From Candidatus Obscuribacteraceae bacterium (lineage in GTDB: Bacteria > Cyanobacteriota > Vampirovibrionia > Obscuribacterales > Obscuribacteraceae), in assembly GCA_044226015.1 (NCBI GenBank), contig JBGAHS010000001.1, positions 1,312,001 to 1,376,000 of the forward strand: DNA of 64,000 nucleotides, given 5' to 3'. A program made the translations under genes and the position numbers. Numbering within the stretch: position 1 is the stretch's first letter; each line of letters begins with the position of its first letter. Below, piece after piece: positions 1 to 10,504 of the stretch. The notes beneath the pieces were generated by a model. It was not told where the DNA came from and did no database searches. It saw only the letters and a program-made list of their open reading frames with translations.

Positions 1-31
1 CCGCGCAGCCTCGAAGCCTGAGCTAATCAGC

Positions 32-1336
32 TTAGCAAAAATAACTGCCTGGAACTGGGCTGTCTGAAATGAATCGCCAGCGCTTGTTTCCGCCTAGCCG
101 TCCGCCCTTCATATAAACCGAATTGTCTTTATAGAAGCTGAGTAAAGATGCAAACTTTTCTCCGAGGTCGGCAACAGGATAAGCAAACTCATTTGCTATC
201 TCATCAATACTGCGGGTGTCTTCTTCGACTTCCATGCGTTGATTGGTTTCGGGGTCAATCAGCAAGCGCTCTTTAGACCAGGGCCAGGTGCAATACTGCG
301 TCATGAGTCCACTTATGTCTGGTGTGTTTGGTCCTTGATTTAACCAATTATGATTGAAAGCAAAAACTGTTTGACCTTTCAAAACTCGCTCAAGAGGTGC
401 CTCTGCGAGATTCCAATTGTTCGCCGCGATTAGCAAAGTGTCGTCTTGCGATGCATCACTTGTTTTGCTTACTATTTGCACTGGCAAATCGAGTATCTTT
501 CCGGCCGCTGTCGCGATAATTGTAGAATCTCTGTCTGGCAGCCCGACGATTTGACGGGGAGTCTTTCCTAATTCGTTTAGCAAACGCTGCAGTTTGTTTA
601 AAGTGGTGGCAAGTTGCTGGTAGGAAACTCCAACGTAAACCCATCGACCACCAGCGACTTTGAGCTGTTCTTCATCTTCATTGAAGTAATCTAGAATTGC
701 TGCTCCGTACTGAATAAAGTGCCAATATTGAATTTCCAAAGGTGGCTTTTGCAGCACCGCGAGCCTGATACGAAGTTCGTCTAGCTTGTCTAGAGCATAC
801 AAGGCGCCTCGAATTTCATGGCTTGCGGCCTGCGATAGGAATTGTCTGCGTGATTCCTTGCTGAATTGCTCGGCACCGTCGGTAATACCACATAAAAGTG
901 ACGACCAGTAGAACTGATATCCTACCCAGAAGCTTGCGCTGAGGTCGCATTGCAGAAGAACTTCACGGGCTTGCGCCGGCTGAAACAGCGAGCAAAGCGC
1001 GATGGCTAACTCTAAACCAATATTGCTATTGCCCGGCTCAAGCTTCATGGCACGTTCCAGCATAGGAACGGCAAGTCTGTCATGACCCGCGTCGATAAAA
1101 TGGTAGCCAAGGTCGAAGAAAGCCTTCGAACTCTCGAAGTCGGAGACGACAAGCTCGAACATTCGGGCTTCTTCCTCGGCCCCCATTTGCTTCAGGCACA
1201 TACCTGCAAGAACATAGCTGTCTCTGTTGTCAGGGTCCTGATTAAAGGCGAATGTCAAAAGACGCAAGCATTCTTGATATTTACCTTGCGCAAAATTTTC
1301 TTTTGCAGACTCCAGCGGATCCGGTTGAGTAGTCAT
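32..1336 (-). CDS. TPR-containing protein with uncharacterised C-terminal domain
   Basis: 434-aa ORF; N-terminal TPR-like helices (AFFDLGYHFIDAGHDRLAVPMLERAMKLEP). Confidence 0.75.
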   Translation of the reverse strand: MTTQPDPLESAKENFAQGKYQECLRLLTFAFNQDPDNRDSYVLAGMCLKQMGAEEEARMFELVVSDFESSKAFFDLGYHFIDAGHDRLAVPMLERAMKLEPGNSNIGLELAIALCSLFQPAQAREVLLQCDLSASFWVGYQFYWSSLLCGITDGAEQFSKESRRQFLSQAASHEIRGALYALDKLDELRIRLAVLQKPPLEIQYWHFIQYGAAILDYFNEDEEQLKVAGGRWVYVGVSYQQLATTLNKLQRLLNELGKTPRQIVGLPDRDSTIIATAAGKILDLPVQIVSKTSDASQDDTLLIAANNWNLAEAPLERVLKGQTVFAFNHNWLNQGPNTPDISGLMTQYCTWPWSKERLLIDPETNQRMEVEEDTRSIDEIANEFAYPVADLGEKFASLLSFYKDNSVYMKGGRLGGNKRWRFISDSPVPGSYFC

Positions 1337-1495
1337 AAATGCTCCTGTTTCCGCATGATTATATCGCTTTAGCTTAGCTGTCTAGCATTGTCAGCTGCTT
1401 GGCGACTATGAAAGAATAGATTTAAACTGAGTTTGGCTAGCCTAATCTATGCTCGGGCGGAGTCATTAATTTTAGGTGTGACGAGATTTCTAGCA

Positions 1496-2467
1496 ATGAG
1501 CAGAATTAGAACAAGCATTTTGGCATTTACTCTGGCACTTGGAATTAGCAACAGTGCCGACGCCCAGCTTATGCAAATGGAGCGCCATGATGTGGTGCGA
1601 ATCGATGTTTTTGATAAGCCTAAAAAGCCCAGCGAAGATGCCGTGATTCTTGACGCAACTCCGGTAATCTCATGGGTTGACGAGACGAAAAAACTTAAGG
1701 CGGTGCTGGTTTGCGTCCACGGTCTCGGTTTGCATAAAGAGAATTACAAAGACTTTGGTGAGCGAGTAGCTCGCGACGGCATCGGTGTTTATGCGATGGA
1801 TGTCCGTGGATTTGGTGAATTTCAGCAAATGCCCGGCGAGCGAAGGTGTGACTTCCATAAGTGCCTCGACGATGTTTGTCAGGCATTGAAGCTAGTCAGG
1901 GCAACGCATCCAGGTGTTCCTATTTTCGTGATGGGTGAGTCCATGGGTGGTGCTATTGCCATGAGAGTTACGGAAGAGCATCCGGAGTTGGTCAACGGCT
2001 TGATTTCTTCTGTTCCTGGTGCCAAGAGATATGGCCAGGGAAAGTCTAGTTTCGCAGTAGGAATGAAGCTACTGACCGGTGGCGCGCATGCAAAAGTCAA
2101 CGTTGCAGATACTGTGGTTAACCAATCGACCAGCAACGAAGAGCTCCGTGAAGAATGGATGAAGGACAAGATGGCCAGATTTGTCTTGACTCCAGCAGAG
2201 CTGATTCAGTTTCAGTCCTTCATGGAATCGAATGAGAAAAATGCCGGAAAAATTACGGCTACTCCAGTTTTGATGGTGCAAGGTGCTCAGGATAAGCTTG
2301 TTAAGCAGTCTGACAACAAATCAATACTCGACCATATTCCTTGCGATGACAAATTGCTGGTTTTTGTGGATGGCGGAGAACACCTTATTTTCGAAGAAGG
2401 ACAGTTCAAAGAAGACGCAATACAAATGCTTTACGCATGGATAAATGACCACACAGCCCGCGAATGA
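1496..2467 (+). CDS. Alpha/beta hydrolase, lysophospholipase/monoacylglycerol lipase family, with signal peptide
   Basis: VHGLG oxyanion motif, GESMGG nucleophile elbow, QGAQD and late His (GGEH). ATG at 1496 begins a signal peptide; the ORF track starts at TTG 1433. Confidence 0.85.
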   Translation: MSRIRTSILAFTLALGISNSADAQLMQMERHDVVRIDVFDKPKKPSEDAVILDATPVISWVDETKKLKAVLVCVHGLGLHKENYKDFGERVARDGIGVYAMDVRGFGEFQQMPGERRCDFHKCLDDVCQALKLVRATHPGVPIFVMGESMGGAIAMRVTEEHPELVNGLISSVPGAKRYGQGKSSFAVGMKLLTGGAHAKVNVADTVVNQSTSNEELREEWMKDKMARFVLTPAELIQFQSFMESNEKNAGKITATPVLMVQGAQDKLVKQSDNKSILDHIPCDDKLLVFVDGGEHLIFEEGQFKEDAIQMLYAWINDHTARE

Positions 2468-2716
2468 TCCATGAATTATGCCTAATCCTTTAGCTCAGGA
2501 GCGCCGGTTTCCACCTGCCTTCCTGATGGTAAATGCTGCCGGCAGCGCCCTGCGCTCAACAATTGAGAGCCGACAGACTTCTGCTGCTGTCATTCTAGTG
2601 CGGCGTTGTTGAAGATAACGGAATTCTCAAGGAAACAAATTGCTTTCGCTTCAGGTCTTAAGAGCTGTGCTTACGGTATCCTTAGGTCGTTGCACAGCTA
2701 GCTCAGGAGCCCGCAA

Positions 2717-3880
2717 ATGAAAGGCTTTGGCAAGAAATATCTAGTTTATATAGTGGCGTCAAGCGTAAGCATCGCATCGTTCAGCTTAAGTGATGGTGCG
2801 TTCGCTCAAGGCACCCCAGCCGCAAGCACGCCAGCTGGCGGAGCAAGCACCGCAGGCGGTACATACACGCCTAACCCCCGCGCCGTTAGCTTGTACATTT
2901 TGGGTTTGACTGCTCATAAGCAAAACAGCCCAGAGTCAGCAATTATTTTCTTCAAGAGAGCCTGTGATATCGACCCCAACCTGGCAGATGCGCAGTACAA
3001 CCTTGGTGTGCTTTACCAGATGCAAAAGCGCTTTAAGGATGCTCAACCCCGCTTCGAAGAAGTCTTGAGGATCAAACCAACAGACCCTGATGCTCATTAC
3101 CAGTTGGGCATTATCTTGCAGGATCAGGGACGTGCGGCCGAAGCACGCCAGCATTTTTCTGCTATCGCTCCTAACAATTCTCATTTTGCTGATGCTCAAC
3201 GCAGAATTGGTATGTTGAATAGCATGCCAGAAGGCGCTGCTCCGCAACAGCCAGTTGCTCAGGTTCCTGTTCAGACTCAGCCAGTGGCTCAAGCACCGAC
3301 ACAATACGCGGAGAATGCCACTACATCTGGTGTAGTTCCTGGATATGGAAGCATGACGCCAAGCCAGTCAGCCCCTCAACAGACTGCACAGGTGCAGGTT
3401 GAGAGGGCTCCTGCTACAACCTACATTCCTCCTAATGCTTCTGCACCTCCTCCCTCTTCATCAGGTCCTGTCCCGGTTATTCCTAATTCGCAATTGCGCA
3501 TCATAGCTACAGGTTTTTCGGCTCCGTCAGGATTGGCCTTTGACCGTCACGGAAGCTTGTACGTAGCGAATTACATGAGCAATAGCATCGACCGCATCGG
3601 ACCAGATGGTACACGTAATACTTTCTGCACCGGCGTCAACCTTCGCGGACCCATTGGTCTGGTCGTTGACGATGCAAATAACCTCTACGTAGCTAACTAC
3701 AGTAGTGGCACTATCGTGAGAGTCAGCCCCGCTGGCATCTCAGGCGTCATTGCCTCCGGCTTTCGCAAGCCGTATTACCTGACCCTGGATAAGGATGGCA
3801 ACCTGTACGTCAGCCAGCAAGAAGACAATTCAATTGTTCGAATTGTGCTTCCAAAGGTTGTCGGAGCCAAAACTCAGTAG
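2717..3880 (+). CDS. Secreted TPR + NHL/beta-propeller repeat protein
   Basis: Signal peptide, TPRs (ADAQYNLGVLY, DAHYQLGIIL), Pro/Gln linker, NHL repeats (PSGLAFDRHGSLYVAN, PIGLVVDDANNLYVAN); RBS AGGAG. Confidence 0.85.
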   Translation: MKGFGKKYLVYIVASSVSIASFSLSDGAFAQGTPAASTPAGGASTAGGTYTPNPRAVSLYILGLTAHKQNSPESAIIFFKRACDIDPNLADAQYNLGVLYQMQKRFKDAQPRFEEVLRIKPTDPDAHYQLGIILQDQGRAAEARQHFSAIAPNNSHFADAQRRIGMLNSMPEGAAPQQPVAQVPVQTQPVAQAPTQYAENATTSGVVPGYGSMTPSQSAPQQTAQVQVERAPATTYIPPNASAPPPSSSGPVPVIPNSQLRIIATGFSAPSGLAFDRHGSLYVANYMSNSIDRIGPDGTRNTFCTGVNLRGPIGLVVDDANNLYVANYSSGTIVRVSPAGISGVIASGFRKPYYLTLDKDGNLYVSQQEDNSIVRIVLPKVVGAKTQ

Positions 3881-3929
3881 TACAGCGTAGAGCCAGCAGG
3901 CAGTTACTTAGCTAATTCAGTAGGTCAGA

Positions 3930-4601
3930 ATGGCTGTTGAATACGATCCCCATGCATTTTCCCCCTTTCGCACAGGCATTTATATTGCTACTGCAAGGTA
4001 TTTTTTTGGAACCATTTTTGCTATCCAAAACCATCTTGAATTTTCAGGACGTGAAAACATACCTCCTGGTCCTTGCGTTTTCGTAGGTAATCATCTTTCA
4101 AATTGGGATCCTCCCTTAATAAGCCGAGTAACAGATAGACCAGTCTCCTTCCTGGCAAAGAAAGAGCTTTTCTCGGACAAGTTTTTTCGGAATCTGGTTC
4201 TGGCCTATGGCGCTATTTCTATAGATCGAGAGAAGCCAGAAAAATCAACCTTCAAAGCAGTCAAAGAGATGCTAGCCAAAGGCTGGTGCCTTGGAATGTT
4301 CATCGAGGGAACTCGAAGTAAAACTCCCGGCATGCTTGGAACTCCCCAGATGGGCGCTGCGTATTTTGCCAAATTAAACAAGCTCCCGCTTGTACCAATC
4401 GGCATCGTTGGTACAAATGTAAAGCGTGGAAAAGTCTACGCCAAGATCGGAAAGCCGATTGCGCCCGAGGGGACCTTAGAAGAGATTAGCTGGAAGGTGA
4501 TGGAAGCTCTTTCTGACCTGACCGGTTTCAAGCTTCCTACTGCTATTGAAGATAAATCTGCAAAGAGTGCTGACGCGGATTCGGCGGACTCACAACGCTA
4601 A
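3930..4601 (+). CDS. plsC: 1-acyl-sn-glycerol-3-phosphate acyltransferase
   Basis: NHLSNWD (HX4D), FLAKKELF, FIEGTRS motifs. Confidence 0.9.
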   Translation: MAVEYDPHAFSPFRTGIYIATARYFFGTIFAIQNHLEFSGRENIPPGPCVFVGNHLSNWDPPLISRVTDRPVSFLAKKELFSDKFFRNLVLAYGAISIDREKPEKSTFKAVKEMLAKGWCLGMFIEGTRSKTPGMLGTPQMGAAYFAKLNKLPLVPIGIVGTNVKRGKVYAKIGKPIAPEGTLEEISWKVMEALSDLTGFKLPTAIEDKSAKSADADSADSQR

Positions 4602-5056
4602 GCCAAGCCTATAGCGGCGACCAAACCTAATTCCGCTGGGGTGAAGAGTTGTTCTTTATCAATTTCAGCTTTGAGCCTTTTTGGCGTTGTGGCTCTAAAG
4701 GTTATTGTGCTGTTTTCGTAGCGAAACGAAGTTGTTGCACCATCGCACAGAAAAGTGTATTCGCCGTCTGCGCTCTTGCCATTGTTGTATATTCTCGAGT
4801 GGAGAAATTTGATGCGTTTTGAGAAAGCTCGCGCTTTAGCATTGGCTACTTCCTCCACACTAGGTTTGTGAGCCTCGCCCATGTTGCGCATAAAGATGCC
4901 TCTGGCTACGCGAACAATCACACCTTTCCTGGCTAGCTCGCTCAAATTGCGGTCTATGCAGTTTCGTGGAGCTAGATGGGCAAAATCTCTCGATACGAAC
5001 AGTTTGCCATCTTCTGTGTTGCGAATTTTCGCCTTAATAGATGCGGAATAGTCCAT
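4598..5056 (-). CDS. DUF6088 / AbiEi-antitoxin-like winged-helix protein
   Basis: LFVSRDFAHLAPRNCIDRNLSELARKGVIVRVARGIF matches the DUF6088 N-terminal wHTH pattern; RBS GGAGGT. Confidence 0.75.
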   Translation of the reverse strand: MDYSASIKAKIRNTEDGKLFVSRDFAHLAPRNCIDRNLSELARKGVIVRVARGIFMRNMGEAHKPSVEEVANAKARAFSKRIKFLHSRIYNNGKSADGEYTFLCDGATTSFRYENSTITFRATTPKRLKAEIDKEQLFTPAELGLVAAIGLA

Positions 5057-5090
5057 GAGTAAACCTCCGAAATGAAAATATGCGTTCTAG

Positions 5091-5122
5091 TCTTTAAACG
5101 TAATTTGAGTGCAAAAAGTTCA
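5091..5122 (-). promoter_or_regulatory. Putative ECF-sigma-type promoter TGAACTTTTT-N11-ACGTTTAAAGA upstream of DUF6088 gene
   Basis: Same motif with identical spacing recurs at 47582-47613; AAC...CGT signature typical of ECF promoters. Confidence 0.55.
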
Positions 5123-5202
5123 GCCCTTGACAGACAATTTTAGAAAAATGTTTTCCAGAGATGTAAGTAGATGGCTTAGCAAGCTGCTTACAATCTCGCA
5201 TA

Positions 5203-8043
5203 TTAGACGATGGCGATTTTAGTCTTGTCTGGAAAAGGCAGGTTCTCTATAAACCACTTGTGGCGGACCTTTTGACTGGTTAAGACGATCAATTGACAGT
5301 GAGGTAGCACCTTGTGAATAAGCAAGTCCATGCATCCAGTAAATCTGCGGTCATCTAGATCACAAAAAGGTTCATCTAGCACTACTGGTAGTGGCAATCG
5401 ATTAACAATGTATCGGCAAAGCATCAGGCGCATGATCCAGCTAATCTGCTGGCGCAAACCACGCGAACATTTTGCATCGAGTTCGCTTTCATGCAGTGTC
5501 TGGTCCTGATCTCTGAGGGTCACGGTGATATCGAGGTTATCGTCCCAGTCAATCTTTGCCACATCAAGATCCATATCCTCTAGCATGTCTGTCGAGATGG
5601 CAGCGAGTTCTTGAGACCAGGATGTTTTGCTTTCTCTTGCAACTCGCATAAGTGTCTCTTTTGCCAGGTTAATAGATGCTCGATTTCTCCTAATCAGCTG
5701 CAGGTCTCTTTCTAAAATTTCCACCTCATGTTGAGTCTTTGGGTGAAACTCGTCGAAGTTCTTAATTGCTTCTCTGACGGAATTACGAAGGGCATTTATT
5801 CGTTCCTCACGTCCCTCGATTTGATCATGAAGTTTCTGCAAGTCACCGTGACCCATGCGACCTATTTCTTCATCTTCAATTGTTTCGCCAAGAATGTCCG
5901 GGTATTTTGCAATCAACTCTTGCATGAAGTTCCATGCATCTGCCCGGCGGTGTTGCAGTTTCGCCAGCATCTCAGTCAAGTCATTTTCAAAGACTTCTGA
6001 ATTGCTGATTTCGCTTTCCACGCGTTCTAATTCTTGTTTCAACGATTCCCAGTTTCGATAGACTTTGCACTGACCTTCGAATTCCTCGAAGGAGTCATCG
6101 ATGTTCTCTGGGTCGCGTAGATGTGCTCTTTCGAAGTAGTCAACGAGGACTGCATCAATCTCAGCTAGTTCGCCTTCAAGGAATTTTCTTTCAGACTTAC
6201 GGTGATTTACTACTGCGGTGCTTCTTTCTAATTTGCGCATACTCTCGCGATGCCAGAGTATTTCTGATGCAAGGACTGAGATAGCAGCTGCTGTGACGAT
6301 ACTCGAGCCTCGGTTCACCTTTTCCAGGTAGACCATACCTTCTTTGCTCAGGCTTTGCAGATTTTGCTCGCGACTTTCCAGCATTTGCTCCAGAATGTCG
6401 AGTTGTTTCAAACGTCCGGCAAACATTGCGTAGGTCTGCAATTTCTTAAAGAGTTCAGCGCCACTTTCCATTCCGTACTTTTGCGCTATTTGTTCTCCCT
6501 CACTCTGAATCTTCGCTATCAGATCGCTGAGGTTGATTTCTTTTTGATCGGAACTTCCTTGCTGTTGAATCAGACCTTCGACTTTGCTTTCAAATTGTTT
6601 GCGCACACCTGAAAGCAAGGGTGGTAAGAGCAGCAGACCAGCGACAGACAGCACAAAACTCGTTTGGAAGATTGTTCCTAGAACTTCTTGCTCTCCAGTT
6701 AGAGAAAATAGAACAATGAGTGCAGACGCCACCACGAGTGACAGCATTACGTTTCTAATTTTTCTGAACTTCAGGTCGAAACCTTTGATTTCCTCATGAA
6801 GGTCTTTTAGCTGAGCTCCGGCTCCCTGGCTGAGTTCAACCAGGTTCTGAAGCTTGTCTTTTTGTCTCTTAAGGTCATTTGCCAGCGTATTAGCTGTTTC
6901 AATGTCTGAAGGGCTCATACCCAAAACGGTTTTTCGAATCAGTGCAATGTCGTCGAATCTCACCCCAGCATCTTTGACACGACGCATCTCTTTATCACGC
7001 TCTTGTCGCAGCTGTTCAATTTCCGCCTGTGCGCCAGCTATAGTTTTCGACAATCCAAACAGTTGTTGAGAATCTTCAATTGTAAACTGCTCAAGCTCTT
7101 CATTGTGAGCGGTCAAAATATCTTCTTGTGCTTTGGTGTCTTGAATGCTCTTTAACAGCTCGTCGTCGTGCCGTTGCAAGTCAGCGAGTCGTGATTGGCG
7201 ATTGACCCACAACTCCTGCACTTTGCGTTCTCCAGCTACTGGAAAATTGGCGATGTGCTCAACTTGCTTGATTTGCTTATTCAAATCTTCAAGTTGATAC
7301 AGCTTTTGCTGAACCATCATTATTCTTGCATCTAGTTCTGCTGTCTCCAGGCAGAGGCTGAAATATTCTTCTCGCTTGAGTACGTCTTTGTCTAAAGCTT
7401 GCTCTGACTCCAATTGTTTTAATTCATCAATGAGAGTTCCTGCCTCAGCTCTTTCGCGCTCTAACTGTCCAAGCCTCTCTTCCAGTACTACCTTTCCACG
7501 GTTGAGTCCGGTAAGAAGATCATCTATTCGATAAGTTTTTCCTTTGAAGGGATACTTCTCTTGTTTCTCTTCAACCAGGCGAATAGCGCGTTCGATATTT
7601 CTGTTCTGTTCCGTTTTGCTTGCAAGCTGACCCAGCAAATTGAGACGAACTCCACGATCTGCAAGCATTGAACTGCTACCTTCATCTTGCCCAATTAATA
7701 GCAAGGTCTGGAACATTTCTTTGCTTACGCCAGCGAATTGGTCATTGGCGATTTTTGCCGCTTCAGGCGGACTGAAGTCGAGCTGCTTTTCTTGAAAGTT
7801 ACGTTTGAGAACTATTTGCTGATCATCTATTCTCAAATATAAACTGCCTTCTTTGAGGTCGGCGGCACCTGGGATGATCTCATCTTTGTTGCTAGAAATA
7901 ATATTCGATATGGTGGTGAACAAATCAGACTTGCTCTGCTCTTCTTCAGTGCATAGCAAATTCAAACGATCAGGTTTGAAGACAAATTCTTTAGGTTCGT
8001 CCTCAATTCTTTTGGTTGAATAGTAGGCTGATTCAATCTGCAT
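5203..8043 (-). CDS. SMC/Rad50-like (YhaN/SbcC-type) coiled-coil protein with degenerate ATPase motifs and two internal hydrophobic helices
   Basis: Long coiled coil; C-terminal Walker B PVVLDEPF; degenerate signature CSRG; Walker A region reads EEEQSKSD; overlaps upstream SbcD-like gene. Confidence 0.75.
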   Translation of the reverse strand: MQIESAYYSTKRIEDEPKEFVFKPDRLNLLCTEEEQSKSDLFTTISNIISSNKDEIIPGAADLKEGSLYLRIDDQQIVLKRNFQEKQLDFSPPEAAKIANDQFAGVSKEMFQTLLLIGQDEGSSSMLADRGVRLNLLGQLASKTEQNRNIERAIRLVEEKQEKYPFKGKTYRIDDLLTGLNRGKVVLEERLGQLERERAEAGTLIDELKQLESEQALDKDVLKREEYFSLCLETAELDARIMMVQQKLYQLEDLNKQIKQVEHIANFPVAGERKVQELWVNRQSRLADLQRHDDELLKSIQDTKAQEDILTAHNEELEQFTIEDSQQLFGLSKTIAGAQAEIEQLRQERDKEMRRVKDAGVRFDDIALIRKTVLGMSPSDIETANTLANDLKRQKDKLQNLVELSQGAGAQLKDLHEEIKGFDLKFRKIRNVMLSLVVASALIVLFSLTGEQEVLGTIFQTSFVLSVAGLLLLPPLLSGVRKQFESKVEGLIQQQGSSDQKEINLSDLIAKIQSEGEQIAQKYGMESGAELFKKLQTYAMFAGRLKQLDILEQMLESREQNLQSLSKEGMVYLEKVNRGSSIVTAAAISVLASEILWHRESMRKLERSTAVVNHRKSERKFLEGELAEIDAVLVDYFERAHLRDPENIDDSFEEFEGQCKVYRNWESLKQELERVESEISNSEVFENDLTEMLAKLQHRRADAWNFMQELIAKYPDILGETIEDEEIGRMGHGDLQKLHDQIEGREERINALRNSVREAIKNFDEFHPKTQHEVEILERDLQLIRRNRASINLAKETLMRVARESKTSWSQELAAISTDMLEDMDLDVAKIDWDDNLDITVTLRDQDQTLHESELDAKCSRGLRQQISWIMRLMLCRYIVNRLPLPVVLDEPFCDLDDRRFTGCMDLLIHKVLPHCQLIVLTSQKVRHKWFIENLPFPDKTKIAIV

Positions 8044-9256
8044 CTGGAGTCGTCACCGATCCTTCGCGAATGGCTTCCAATCCAAAATAAAGCGCATCAG
8101 TGATGATTGCTACTTTTTCAGAGTCTCTTTCCATGTTGGTATGAAGTTCGTTTCTCAAACCACCAAGAATGCAGGCGTACTTAGACTCAATCTGATTTTT
8201 CAAACTTATTGATTCTAGATAATTAGGACGAATGTTGACCTTTGATTTCAGATGGAAATAGTCGCTCTTCATCTGTTCAGTGATTAACTTCACATCTGCG
8301 CCCACAGGGTAGAGTCCGCTAGCATTAATGAGCAACACATCTATATTCTTTCGTGCACCACTTTCTTTTATTTCTTTTTCAAGGTCCATACTCAAAACAT
8401 TTGGGTCTCTGCCGCTTATATCAAAATCTATGTTTATGATGCGTCGCGGGTCAAACTCCTCTGTTTGCATGGTCATCTCGATTCCCGAGCTCATGCGGCG
8501 GTCGAGATTGGCGAAGATAGCCGTTCTTGGACCCAGTTCTTTGGCTGTCAGTCCTACAAAAGTGCCAGAGGCACCGGCAAAAATGACCTCATCTTCTTCT
8601 GATTTCAAAATCGACTGATTTTTGAAACCTGAAAATGCGATGTAAGAGTAACCTCTACTCTTGAACTTTTTGCTAAGTTCGTTCCTCGATTTTTCCGTAG
8701 CTGCGTCCGCTAAACCAAGTGGTAGCAGCAGAATGTTTATTGCTGCCTTTTCAGCTTTTTGCAGCTCTGGAATGTAAGGCATGCGTCCGCGATTATCTTT
8801 GGTGAGCGCAATGCCGCTAATCTTGATTGAATCTTTGCCGGGCAAATTGAAACTATGAACAGTGTTTGCCCCGAAAATGTGAACATTATCTGACCATGGT
8901 TCAAGTCCTCTGGCTCGCAGGACAGACTCATCATAAAGAGAGTCGCTGTGTAGAGGATCTGACGCTCCGGGAGCAATAAAAACGGGGATTTCCTGCAAGC
9001 GTGCAAATATTTTTTGAACGCTTGCAAGAGTGCTAGTACTCACGTTTTCAGCATCGAACAAATTGCCTGGAATCAGAACGGCGTTAACGTCATTGCTAAT
9101 TGCAACTTTAATAGCTGCAGCCAGTGCTTCGATTGATTCTTCGCTTCTTTGCTTTCGCTGCGACGGACTCAAATGAAGTGACATTGAAGCGCTAGAGTCC
9201 AGGTTCAGATCAGAAACCTGACAAAAGGAGAAGCTTACAAAATCACTCTGGCTCAT
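8033..9256 (-). CDS. Mre11/SbcD (YhaO)-like metallophosphoesterase-fold protein with degenerate metal ligands
   Basis: Motif order conserved but altered: QVSDLNL, PGNLFD, APGASD, FSGFKN. Confidence 0.75.
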   Translation of the reverse strand: MSQSDFVSFSFCQVSDLNLDSSASMSLHLSPSQRKQRSEESIEALAAAIKVAISNDVNAVLIPGNLFDAENVSTSTLASVQKIFARLQEIPVFIAPGASDPLHSDSLYDESVLRARGLEPWSDNVHIFGANTVHSFNLPGKDSIKISGIALTKDNRGRMPYIPELQKAEKAAINILLLPLGLADAATEKSRNELSKKFKSRGYSYIAFSGFKNQSILKSEEDEVIFAGASGTFVGLTAKELGPRTAIFANLDRRMSSGIEMTMQTEEFDPRRIINIDFDISGRDPNVLSMDLEKEIKESGARKNIDVLLINASGLYPVGADVKLITEQMKSDYFHLKSKVNIRPNYLESISLKNQIESKYACILGGLRNELHTNMERDSEKVAIITDALYFGLEAIREGSVTTPDAD

Positions 9257-9267
9257 TCAATTCTTCC

Positions 9268-10470
9268 CTACAGCAGCTCGAGTATTGTTGCCATGCCTTG
9301 CCCTACACCTATGCACATAGTAGCTAATCCGTACCGTGCTTTCTGTCTCTGCATCTGACGAGCCAGAGTACAGATAAGTCTGGCGCCACTCATGCCTAGA
9401 GGGTGCCCCAGTGCTATGGCACCACCATTGACGTTGACCTTGTCCATATCTAACTTAAGTTCATCAGCGCTTGCTAAGACTTGTGCTGCAAAAGCCTCGT
9501 TCAATTCGAATACGTCGATATCATTTACGGTTAGATTTGCTCTGTGCAGAACTTTTTGTGTTGCGGGCACGGGGCCTATGCCCATGCATGATGGGTCGAC
9601 TCCTGCGGCTGCAGCGCCTACCCAGCGAGCAATAGGCTTCAATCCGAGGTGGTTTGCTCTTCCTTCAGACATCATCAGCACAGCGCAGGCACCGTCATTG
9701 ATACCGCTTGAGTTTCCTGCTGTTACTGTTCCGCCATCTCTGAATGCTGCTTTCAGTTTTTGCAGGTCGGCTAGCGTAGTCTCTGGTCTCGGATGTTCGT
9801 CCCTGTCTACTATTTTGGGGTCACCCTTTTTCTGGGGAATGCTTACTGGAATAATCTCTTCGGCAAATATGCCAGCTTCTTGAGCCTTGCCGCATTTTTG
9901 CTGACTGCTTAGGGCAAAGGCATCTTGCCTTTCTCTGCTGATTTTATATTTCTCGGCAACATTCTCTGCTGTCTCACCCATGCTAAAAGGATGGTGCATT
10001 GCTGCCAGTTTGGGGTTAGTGAATCGCCAACCTAATGTCGTGTCGAACATTTTCAGGTCGCCTCGGGGAAAAGCAGCCTCAGGCTTCGCCATGACGAAGG
10101 GAGCTCTAGTCATAGATTCGACTCCGCCTGCTATGAATACTTCTCCTGCGCCAGTTTGAATTGATCTTGCTGCCTGAGCCACAGCCTCCATACTCGATGC
10201 ACACAGACGATTGACCGTAACACCACCGATATTGATGGGTAGTCCTGCTAGCAAGAGCGACATGCGAGCAACATTTCGATTGTCCTCGCCTGACTGGTTG
10301 GCGCAGCCAAGAATAAGATCCTCGATTTCCGCTGGGTCAACCTGGCTGTTTCTTTTCATGAGTTCAGCGATAACATGAGCCGCCAGATCGTCTGGACGAA
10401 CATCCTTTAATGTTCCACCATATCTCCCGATTGGAGTTCTGATTGCATCAACGATAACGACTTCTTTCAT
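9268..10470 (-). CDS. pcaF: Acetyl-CoA C-acyltransferase (thiolase), PcaF/PaaJ-like
   Basis: [49 protein letters not shown] motifs; subfamily assignment less certain than the thiolase call. Confidence 0.85.
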   Translation of the reverse strand: MKEVVIVDAIRTPIGRYGGTLKDVRPDDLAAHVIAELMKRNSQVDPAEIEDLILGCANQSGEDNRNVARMSLLLAGLPINIGGVTVNRLCASSMEAVAQAARSIQTGAGEVFIAGGVESMTRAPFVMAKPEAAFPRGDLKMFDTTLGWRFTNPKLAAMHHPFSMGETAENVAEKYKISRERQDAFALSSQQKCGKAQEAGIFAEEIIPVSIPQKKGDPKIVDRDEHPRPETTLADLQKLKAAFRDGGTVTAGNSSGINDGACAVLMMSEGRANHLGLKPIARWVGAAAAGVDPSCMGIGPVPATQKVLHRANLTVNDIDVFELNEAFAAQVLASADELKLDMDKVNVNGGAIALGHPLGMSGARLICTLARQMQRQKARYGLATMCIGVGQGMATILELL

Positions 10471-10504
10471 TTTTGCTCCTGTTTAAGTTCGTGCTCTAAT
10501 TTTT

